A DNA stretch of 64,000 nucleotides, from the IMG/VR virus record IMGVR_UViG_3300025158_000005; one strand, given 5' to 3'. Position 1 is the stretch's first letter, and the number at the start of each line of letters is the position of its first letter. This document shows, piece after piece, positions 30,674-37,883 of this stretch. A program made the position numbers and the translations under genes. The notes below the pieces were generated by a model. That model worked only from the letters and a program-made list of their open reading frames with translations. It was not told the origin of the DNA and made no database searches. Source of the stretch: a virus.

Positions 30674-31333
30674 ATGAAGTTGTCAAAAAATACGATGTTG
30701 TTATTGAAAAATTTTTCCACAATTAACTCAAACTTGTTTGTCAAAGCTGGCTCGACGTTGAGTACCATGTCGATTCAGAAGAACATCATGGCCGAGGTTG
30801 AAGTTCCAGAAAAGTTCCCAGTCGATTTCGGAATCTTCAATCTTTCTCAGTTGTTGAGTTCATTGAATGAACTTGATGATCCTGAAATCACGTTCGGTAA
30901 GACCAACGTGGAACTAGCGAAGTCAGGAATCAAGTACAAGATTACCTTTGCAAGCCCTAACATTCTTGTATATCCTCAGAAGGCAATCACAATGCCTGCG
31001 GTGGATGTATCGTTTATGCTTACCGCAGCACAATTGATTTCGATTGCAAAAGCTGGTGCCAATCTTGGAATTCAAGACGTTATGATTTCTGGCGACGGCA
31101 AAAATGTCACTGTATCGATGGGTGATCGTAAAGATGCAACCAGTAATGGTTTCACGCTTGAGACTGGCGCAGAGACTAAGGAAACGTTCAATCTAATCAT
31201 CAAGAATGATAACTTGAAGATGATCGAAGATGATTATACCGTCGAAATCAGCAAGAAGAACATCGGGCGTTTCGTTGGTAAGAACAATAAGGTGACTTAC
31301 TTTATCGCTCTCGAAGATTGCCAATTCAGTTAA
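30674..31333 (+). CDS. gp45: Sliding clamp gp45
   Basis: MKLSK.T..LLKNFSTIN, FGIFNL..LL and YFIALE motifs. Confidence 0.95.
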   Translation: MKLSKNTMLLLKNFSTINSNLFVKAGSTLSTMSIQKNIMAEVEVPEKFPVDFGIFNLSQLLSSLNELDDPEITFGKTNVELAKSGIKYKITFASPNILVYPQKAITMPAVDVSFMLTAAQLISIAKAGANLGIQDVMISGDGKNVTVSMGDRKDATSNGFTLETGAETKETFNLIIKNDNLKMIEDDYTVEISKKNIGRFVGKNNKVTYFIALEDCQFS

Positions 31334-31345
31334 GGAGAAAACAAT

Positions 31346-31465
31346 ATGCGGGGAAAAGTTGCTAAAGAGTTGCGGAAGATCGCACGTGGGATTGTTCCGG
31401 ATGGTGGTAATGCACAGAAGCAGATGTACAAGTCATTGAAGAAAGAACATAAGAGTAAGCAATAA
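31346..31465 (+). CDS. Small basic hypothetical protein (39 aa)
   Basis: Strong RBS taaggag; MRGKVAKELRK...YKSLKK. Confidence 0.55.
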   Translation: MRGKVAKELRKIARGIVPDGGNAQKQMYKSLKKEHKSKQ

Positions 31466-31476
31466 ATAACTCTTAC

Positions 31477-31552
31477 GGGACTGTAGCTCAGAGGAAGCAG
31501 CAGGGTGCTCATAACGCCAAGGTCGAGGTATCGTAATCCTCCAGTCCCACCA
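31477..31552 (+). tRNA. tRNA with CAU anticodon (Met or lysidine-Ile2)
   Basis: Acceptor stem gggactg/cagtccc + A + encoded CCA; D arm gct/agc; anticodon loop ctCATaa; T arm gagg/cctc with an atypical ATCG loop. Confidence 0.85.
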
Positions 31553-31570
31553 TTTTATCATGAGGAAGTT

Positions 31571-32527
31571 ATGTCAGAAGTAACAAGCAATCCCAATGAA
31601 TTTGTCTGGGTTCAGAAATATAGACCAAAATCGATCGATGAATGTATTCTTCCCGAAGAACTAAAAACCACGTTCAAAGGTATCGCACAAAGTAATCGAA
31701 TACCAACGATGTTGTTGTCTGGTAACGCTGGTGTTGGAAAGACAACGGTAGCCATTGCTCTATGTGAAACAGTTGGTGCTGATTGGCTTCTTGTCAACGG
31801 TTCTATCGATAACGGCATTGATGTTCTACGTACTAGGATTGCATCGTTCGCCTCGACCATGTCATTTTATGACGCAAAAAAAGTGGTTATTCTTGACGAG
31901 GCGGATTACCTAAACGCAAATTCTGTTCAACCCGCATTGCGTGGATTCATTGAGGAATTTTCGAAAAACTGCACGTTCATTTTCACCTGCAACTATCGCA
32001 ATCGAATCATTGAACCCTTGCAATCTCGTTGCGCCGTGTATGAGTTCAAAATTCCAAACTCCGAGAAGCCGAAGCTAGCCACACAATTCATGAAGCGCGT
32101 TTCGTTGATTCTGGACATGGAGAACATCGAATATGACAAGCGAGTTGTGGCAGAACTTATCCAGAAGCATTTTCCAGATTACCGTCGTGTATTGAATGAA
32201 CTACAACGGTATAGTTCGTCCGGAAAGATTGATACGGGCATTCTCGTCAACTTGTCGGAAGACAATCTGAACAAGTTGGTGACTGCGTTGAAGGAACGTA
32301 AATTCAGGGATGTTCGACACTGGGTAGCACACAATCTAGATGTTGATAGCGTGAAATTATTCTCAGACCTTTATTCTAAGGTGTCCGAACAGATGGAGCC
32401 GAAAGCTGTTCCTGATCTTGTGACGATTCTTGCGAAGTATCAGTTCCAAGCAGCATTTGTCGCTGATCAAGAAATCAACTCAGTGGCAGCATTGACGGAA
32501 ATTATGATGACGTGTAGTTGGAAATGA
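31571..32527 (+). CDS. gp44: Clamp loader subunit gp44
   Basis: WVQKYRP, G.AGVGKTT, ILDEAD and SRC motifs. Confidence 0.96.
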   Translation: MSEVTSNPNEFVWVQKYRPKSIDECILPEELKTTFKGIAQSNRIPTMLLSGNAGVGKTTVAIALCETVGADWLLVNGSIDNGIDVLRTRIASFASTMSFYDAKKVVILDEADYLNANSVQPALRGFIEEFSKNCTFIFTCNYRNRIIEPLQSRCAVYEFKIPNSEKPKLATQFMKRVSLILDMENIEYDKRVVAELIQKHFPDYRRVLNELQRYSSSGKIDTGILVNLSEDNLNKLVTALKERKFRDVRHWVAHNLDVDSVKLFSDLYSKVSEQMEPKAVPDLVTILAKYQFQAAFVADQEINSVAALTEIMMTCSWK

Positions 32528-32898
32528 AAACGTTCGACATAAAAAACGCGATTGATAGTAAGACTAAGATCGAATGGGACGAAGAAACCAAACGAGAGTA
32601 TCTTCCATTCCTAATGAATCGTGCATTCAGTTATAATCTACATACGATATTTCACGCAAATGAAATGAACTTGAATGCCGCAATTGAAAAGAAATGGCAA
32701 TTAGATTTTTATTATCATTCTATTCCAAAAGGTAAGAGATACGATAATTGGGCAAAAGTAAAATCTAATGATGATATAGCAGCAATCATGGAATATTACT
32801 ACATAAATAATGACAGAGCCGTGGAGTATTCGCGGTTTCTGACACCTTCGCAGATGATAGTTATCCGTGAAAATTTAGAACGTGGTGGTAGAAAGTGA
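32524..32898 (+). CDS. gp62: Clamp loader subunit gp62
   Basis: Y.PFLMNRAFS..ANEMN, K.KR...W.K and GG C-terminus. Confidence 0.9.
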   Translation: MKTFDIKNAIDSKTKIEWDEETKREYLPFLMNRAFSYNLHTIFHANEMNLNAAIEKKWQLDFYYHSIPKGKRYDNWAKVKSNDDIAAIMEYYYINNDRAVEYSRFLTPSQMIVIRENLERGGRK

Positions 32899-32904
32899 TA
32901 TTTT

Positions 32905-33288
32905 ATGATAGAAACATTAGTAGAAGTCCGACTGGATGATCCTGAGGCATTTCTAAAGATCAAGGAAACGTTGACACGAATCGGTATTCCTTCATTCAAA
33001 GATAAAAAGTTGTATCAGAGTTGTCATATATTGCATAAACGCGGGAAGTATTTTATCACCCATTTCAAAGAATTATTTGCATTAGATGGTAAACAATCGT
33101 CGTTGAGTGAAGAAGATATTGAGCGTAGAAATATGATCATCAATCTTTTGGAAGAATGGGGATTATTGTTCATCGTTGATCCGAAAAAGACTGAAAAGGA
33201 ATCTGCATTGAGTTCAATTAAGATTGTTTCTTATAAGGACAAGCATAATTGGGAATTGTGTAGTAAATATACCATTGGTAATAAATGA
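32905..33288 (+). CDS. regA: Translational repressor RegA
   Basis: FLKIKETLTRIGI, LYQSCHILHKRGKY.I.HFKELF and KYTIG motifs. Confidence 0.97.
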   Translation: MIETLVEVRLDDPEAFLKIKETLTRIGIPSFKDKKLYQSCHILHKRGKYFITHFKELFALDGKQSSLSEEDIERRNMIINLLEEWGLLFIVDPKKTEKESALSSIKIVSYKDKHNWELCSKYTIGNK

Positions 33289-33301
33289 AAGGTTGTAAAT
33301 T

Positions 33302-33460
33302 ATGGAAGAAAAGGTTCAACTAACAATCGAATTGACTTTGGATGAAGTGAATGCAGTATTGGTTGCATTGAGTGAAAAACCGTTTAGTCAGGTCGCCGAC
33401 CTGATTGGTAAGATTCGTGGTCAAGCAATGAAGCAAGTAGCGCCTGCTCCAGCGGAATAA
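33302..33460 (+). CDS. Small conserved phage protein (52 aa)
   Basis: LELTLDEVNAVLVAL..PF..VA.LI.KIR.QA pattern. Confidence 0.6.
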   Translation: MEEKVQLTIELTLDEVNAVLVALSEKPFSQVADLIGKIRGQAMKQVAPAPAE

Positions 33461-33480
33461 ACTCTGTAAGACGTCGAAAA

Positions 33481-33506
33481 TAAAAAGGAACTTCGGTTCC
33501 TTTTTA
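33481..33506. terminator. Bidirectional terminator
   Basis: aaaaaggaac-ttcg-gttccttttt. Confidence 0.9.
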
Positions 33507-33510
33507 TTTG

Positions 33511-33539
33511 TTGACAATAAATACACACTTCTGTAGAAT
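33511..33539 (+). promoter_or_regulatory. Early-type sigma70 promoter
   Basis: TTGACA-N17(..TG)-TAGAAT. Confidence 0.75.
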
Positions 33540-33567
33540 GTATTTCATCGTAAACGAGGAGTTCATC

Positions 33568-33717
33568 ATGTCAGTCAAAGGCACAATGTTTTTCGTCGGT
33601 CTTGTTTTCGTCATGAGCGCAGTTGGTTCCGAATCTCTGATGACAATTGCACTGGGTTCTTTCTTTGGATTAGCTTTGATGACACCATATGCACTTCAAT
33701 CATCTAAGGAACTATAA
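33568..33717 (+). CDS. Small two-TM membrane protein
   Basis: RBS gagg; two hydrophobic segments. Confidence 0.55.
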   Translation: MSVKGTMFFVGLVFVMSAVGSESLMTIALGSFFGLALMTPYALQSSKEL

Positions 33718-33815
33718 TGGATTGTTTCTTCTTTGTGTTTGTATTGATTTTTTGTGGTCGCACTGATCGCCTATGCTGAGTTTAAATTTTTTGGATGGAT
33801 TTGACGAGAAATAAC

Positions 33816-34583
33816 ATGGAACATATCAAGTTTCCTTCTATTGGGCAATTTCGTAATGTAATCAAGGAAGTGCGGTTCTTTCATAAGAACGAGACTTTGC
33901 CTACCTTGAAGTTTCGTGGTACGGTTAAGTTACACGGTACTAACGCGGCCGTTGCTAGGGTTAGCGGTGAACAGTGGTTTCAGTCTCGTTCCAACATTAT
34001 CAAGGCGGAAGGTCCTGACAATGCTGGCTTTGCATTCTGGGCAGACGGTATTGACTGGAATCAATTCTTTAACCAGATTCCCGCTAACGAATGTGTAATC
34101 TTCGGCGAGTGGTGCGGTGGTAACATTCAGTCTGGAGTTGCTATCAACGGGCTGCCTAAGATGTTTGTTATCTTCAAGATTCTGGCGGATGGCGTATGGT
34201 TGAACATGGACCAATACTCTTTCATTCAACGTCCTGACTTGAACATTTACAACATCAACAATTTCCCTATGTGGGAAATTGATATTGACTTCAACGTTCC
34301 TGCTCCTGCTCAAAACAAGTTGAACGAGATTACTGAAGCAGTCGAAAACGAGTGTCCTGTTGGTAAGGCATTCGGCAAGATCGGCATCGGCGAAGGTGTC
34401 GTATGGACGTGTGTTACTCCGGGATACAACTCGCCCAGTTTAGTGTTCAAGGTGAAGGGCGAACGTCATGTTGGAGGAACATGGATAGAGGGTATTGATT
34501 TGCCAAGTGAGGACAGACAAAAGGTAATAAATTTTTGTCTTGCCAATAAAATCAATGAATTTGATTTTGAGTTTTTGGAATAA
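33816..34583 (+). CDS. RNA ligase (Rnl2-like), N-terminal adenylation half
   Basis: Nucleotidyltransferase motifs KLHGTNA, FGEW, FVIF, EGVVW and FKVK, followed by a 37-aa non-ligase tail. Confidence 0.85.
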   Translation: MEHIKFPSIGQFRNVIKEVRFFHKNETLPTLKFRGTVKLHGTNAAVARVSGEQWFQSRSNIIKAEGPDNAGFAFWADGIDWNQFFNQIPANECVIFGEWCGGNIQSGVAINGLPKMFVIFKILADGVWLNMDQYSFIQRPDLNIYNINNFPMWEIDIDFNVPAPAQNKLNEITEAVENECPVGKAFGKIGIGEGVVWTCVTPGYNSPSLVFKVKGERHVGGTWIEGIDLPSEDRQKVINFCLANKINEFDFEFLE

Positions 34584-35322
34584 ACGAAAATCCATCAACT
34601 TCATTCTTACAGTATTTTATTATCAAATATCTGGATAACTTGTCAACATTCTTATCACTATTAGAAGCATCGTTTGGGGTGTAAAAACTCCCAAATGGTG
34701 TTTTGTAGATGCCATCAGAGATTGATCTTTTGTGATTTGATATATGTTCCTGTGTCTTGGGTCTTGGAATATTTAACCACCTATTTCGTAAGTCAGTCAT
34801 ACCACTTTCAGTAAAGAACGACTTAAAATCAACACCTTTCATTCTGTCAGATTGATTTTGTTTGAATGTTTTTCCTTCCTCCGTAAGAAGAAATACTTTC
34901 CATTTATCTTTTGCTCTGTCCTTTATCGTCTGATTATGCATTGGGTTGTTTATAGTCATAGATAGTATGTTTGCCATTCTAGCAGATTCATATATTCTAG
35001 AATTGTAATATACATCGTTATGTGTTTTACTTCTATCGCGCATTCTACTGAATGCTTTTAACATGGACGATTTGTGTTTTATATTAGTAAATACCTTGGA
35101 TAGTATCCAATGTGCTATAAAATGTTCTCTATGGGTTAGCTTTATCACGTTCCATGGATGTTCTTTTATGTTTGAAAACTGAGGAAACATATATTTACTT
35201 TTAGGACATATGTGATGATTGTCCCCTTTAATAGAGTCTTTATTTCTGCTTTCGATAAATCTTATATATCTGGATAGATAGTGTTGATTGTGAGGTAATG
35301 TTTCTAAAATAGACTTGTACAT
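34552..35322 (-). mobile_element. HNH homing endonuclease (MobE-like) inserted antisense into the RNA ligase
   Basis: HHICPK...NVIKLTHREHFIAHWIL; own RBS aggag and TATAAACA on the minus strand. Confidence 0.85.
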
Positions 35323-35343
35323 AATTGTCTCCTATGATATTAT
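35315..35343 (+). promoter_or_regulatory. Putative promoter for the ligase C-half
   Basis: TTGTAC-N17-TATTAT, back-to-back with the HNH start. Confidence 0.5.
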
Positions 35344-35374
35344 GTTTATACAAATTTTTAAGGTTAAAAGAGAA

Positions 35375-35767
35375 ATGCTTAAAATTATTTCAAACGGTAA
35401 AGAGTACGAAGTTGATGTGAATCATGTTAAGAACTCTGCAAAATCTGGTAATGCTAAAATCCATGGAAAATCCAAGGTCAAGACTCTTGCTGCTGTTGAT
35501 ACCGAGAAGGTTGCATCTATTCAGGAATTCATTGAAAACGTGGTTACCGAGTCACGTCTAAATCAAGGTATTGACTACCTGAAGGAACAGAATCAACCGT
35601 TGAATCAAACTTCTACTGGCATCTTCTTGAAGTGGATCGTCGGTGACGTAATCAAGGAAGAATCTGACACTATGCGTGACTCTTTGATTGAGCCGAAGGA
35701 TGTAAACGGCTCAATTTCTAAGAAGGCACGTGAATGGTACTTTTCTCAAGTATTCACTTGGCAATAA
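35375..35767 (+). CDS. RNA ligase C-terminal half with a 30-aa N-terminal extension
   Basis: SKVKTLAAVD.EK...F...VT..RL.QG..F.KW...DV.KEE continues the ligase after motif V. Confidence 0.8.
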   Translation: MLKIISNGKEYEVDVNHVKNSAKSGNAKIHGKSKVKTLAAVDTEKVASIQEFIENVVTESRLNQGIDYLKEQNQPLNQTSTGIFLKWIVGDVIKEESDTMRDSLIEPKDVNGSISKKAREWYFSQVFTWQ

Positions 35768-35786
35768 TTCGGCACTCATGTAAGAT
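35758..35786 (+). promoter_or_regulatory. Early-type promoter (duplicate of 26648-26676)
   Basis: TTGGCA-ataattcggcactcatg-TAAGAT. Confidence 0.65.
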
Positions 35787-35813
35787 GCAGTCATAGTCAC
35801 TTAGGAGCAGAAA

Positions 35814-35975
35814 ATGTTGTATACCCACAAGGTAGTTTTCGACAAGGAAGTATGTGGCTTTATCGCCAAAAGCGAGTCTTGCCGCTTTCCGAACTTGCCT
35901 TCGGCAAGATCATATGCCAAGGCGATTGCTAAGAAGTTTGGTTTTCATAATGTGCGAATCGAGGTTTTGAAATGA
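35814..35975 (+). CDS. Small hypothetical protein (53 aa)
   Basis: RBS aggag directly after the promoter. Confidence 0.5.
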   Translation: MLYTHKVVFDKEVCGFIAKSESCRFPNLPSARSYAKAIAKKFGFHNVRIEVLK

Positions 35976-36153
35976 CATGCACTGATCTTGAACTATCCTT
36001 CTCCAACGGAGACTTGGATGTCGAATACGCCGAATTCATCAGGCGATCCTGCTGACTGAGTTATTTGTGACGGAGATTCTCTGCTTTGTGCCATGGAAGA
36101 CGGATATCTTGCAGAAGAATTTTTGAACTTCATGAAGCAAAAACAATGTTGAT
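35972..36153 (+). pseudogene. Disrupted small phage gene
   Basis: MTCTDLELSF..YAEFI, then a frameshift and an in-frame TGA before VICDGDSLLCAMEDGYL.EEF. Confidence 0.5.
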
Positions 36154-36346
36154 CGAACGAATTAATCCCTTTACCGGGGAAAAGAATGTGCTCGAACTTC
36201 CGATAACGGAAGAACACCTCTTAGCGCGGGAAAATGACGCGCTAATTCAACGAGCTATGCCGAATCTAACTACAGATGAACGTGAATTTATCATGACTGG
36301 AATTCCTCCAGGTAAGTGGGAAGAAATTCTTGGGGACGAAGGATGA
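36146..36346 (+). CDS. Conserved phage hypothetical protein
   Basis: TG....L.IT.E.....LIQ.AMPNL..DEREFIMTGI motif. Confidence 0.7.
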   Translation: MLIERINPFTGEKNVLELPITEEHLLARENDALIQRAMPNLTTDEREFIMTGIPPGKWEEILGDEG

Positions 36347-37611
36347 ACATTCTTGAAATTCTAAACGAGATTGGGGCAAATCCTTCCCGTCTTGCGAAGG
36401 AAGCAATTCTCACGCGAGAAAAAGATAATGAATTGTTGAAGGCTGTTATCGTCGCCGCATATCACCCCTATATCAATTACTGGATCAAGAAGATTCCCGA
36501 AGCAATACAAGGAATCTCAACAAATATTAGTTTGAGACTAGCCCTTGATGGACTGGAATATTTGTCGGCTCGACGTGTTACTGGTAACGCTGCAATTGAA
36601 TACCTGGCCAAGATGCTCGGCAGCATGAATCGTGAAGATGCCATCGTTATTGAACGAATTATTGACCGTGATCTTCGTGCAGGATTCACTGATGGTACAG
36701 CTAACAAAATATGGCCAGGGCTGATTCCAACTTTCGATGTGATGCTATCTCATAAGGATATCTCTGGTATCAAGTATCCTGCATACGCTCAAACAAAGAT
36801 GGATGGTGCCCGATGCCACGTTTATTTCGATGGCACTAGTGCTCGGGCATGGTCGCGCCAAGGCAAGGAATTCGTGTTGCATGGTGCTCTTGATGAATCT
36901 GCAAAAGGCCTGATGCTCCCTGGAGAAACCTTCGATGGTGAATTGTTATTCTTCAAAAATAATAAACCTCTCGATCGTAAGACCAGCAACGGTTTAGCTA
37001 ATAAATCGATTAAAGGAACACTTTCAGCCGAGGCATGTGATGACGTTCGTTTCGTTGTTTGGGATAACGTCGATTTCACTTCTTCTTTGCCTTATACAAA
37101 ACGGTTTGATATGTTGAATGACAGATTCAACATTGTGTTTAACCAACAACTCAACTCGCGTTTTCTGCTTGTTCATTCTATCGTTGTCAATTCTGAAGAT
37201 GAAGCATTCAAGTTTTATAATGATCAACGTGCCAATGGTGAAGAAGGCGCGATTCTGAAAAACATGAATTCAGTATGGCAGCCGAAACGCACCAAAGACC
37301 TTGGTAAGATGAAAGCCATTGAAGAAGCAGACCTGCTGGTTACTGGTTGGAAAGAAGGAAAAGGTAAGTTCGCTGGAATGGTCGGTTCTCTTGATTGTCA
37401 AACTGCTGAAGGTATTATTAAGGTTAACGTATCAGGATTTTCTGATGATGTTCGTAAGATCGCATATACTTTTGTTGATAAGATCATCACTGTTCTATAT
37501 AACGAGATAATTAAAGATAAGACAACAGGAGAGTATAGTCTGTTTCTTCCTCGGTTCGTTGAAGTTCGATTTGACAAGACAAAGGCAAACAAATTTGAGG
37601 ATTTGAAATAA
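36343..37611 (+). CDS. gp30: ATP-dependent DNA ligase gp30
   Basis: KMDGAR, FDGEL, EGAILK, KMK and LFLPRF..R.DK motifs. Confidence 0.95.
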   Translation: MNILEILNEIGANPSRLAKEAILTREKDNELLKAVIVAAYHPYINYWIKKIPEAIQGISTNISLRLALDGLEYLSARRVTGNAAIEYLAKMLGSMNREDAIVIERIIDRDLRAGFTDGTANKIWPGLIPTFDVMLSHKDISGIKYPAYAQTKMDGARCHVYFDGTSARAWSRQGKEFVLHGALDESAKGLMLPGETFDGELLFFKNNKPLDRKTSNGLANKSIKGTLSAEACDDVRFVVWDNVDFTSSLPYTKRFDMLNDRFNIVFNQQLNSRFLLVHSIVVNSEDEAFKFYNDQRANGEEGAILKNMNSVWQPKRTKDLGKMKAIEEADLLVTGWKEGKGKFAGMVGSLDCQTAEGIIKVNVSGFSDDVRKIAYTFVDKIITVLYNEIIKDKTTGEYSLFLPRFVEVRFDKTKANKFEDLK

Positions 37612-37835
37612 TGCAACCACTACATTTTTACTACGAAAAACGCGGTAAGTTTGCCGGAATGGTTCGCCATATTTGTCAATTTCCTTTGTGTACGGAAAAG
37701 GCGATGTCAGTCGGCGGAATAAGGGCGAACGGCGCGCCAGCAGAAAGAATGTATAAAGGTAAATATATAAGCGAAAAGCATCATCTTGAAATGATACGCA
37801 CAAAAGGTCATGGAACTGCTACAATACCAATTTGA
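37611..37835 (+). CDS. Hypothetical protein
   Basis: Coupled ORF, 74 aa. Confidence 0.4.
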   Translation: MQPLHFYYEKRGKFAGMVRHICQFPLCTEKAMSVGGIRANGAPAERMYKGKYISEKHHLEMIRTKGHGTATIPI

Positions 37836-37860
37836 CTTTCATGTTTTGGTAGTGTATCAT
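37832..37860 (+). promoter_or_regulatory. sigma70-type promoter for gp43
   Basis: TTGACT-N17(..TG)-TATCAT. Confidence 0.65.
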
Positions 37861-37883
37861 GGTTGCATTACATAAGGAAATCT

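Noticed and set aside
31505-31570. ORF-track N-terminal extension of gp44
   Set aside because: It overlaps the tRNA; the real start is the ATG at 31571 with RBS gagg.
32524-32560. Capsid-targeting leader on gp62 (MKTFDIK)
   Set aside because: It lacks the xEF..E pattern, and the protein is a replication factor.
34467-35465. Group I intron or canonical intein in the RNA ligase
   Set aside because: The insert is fully occupied by ORFs with no visible P/Q/R/S core, and there are no Cys1 or His-Asn/+1 nucleophile residues.
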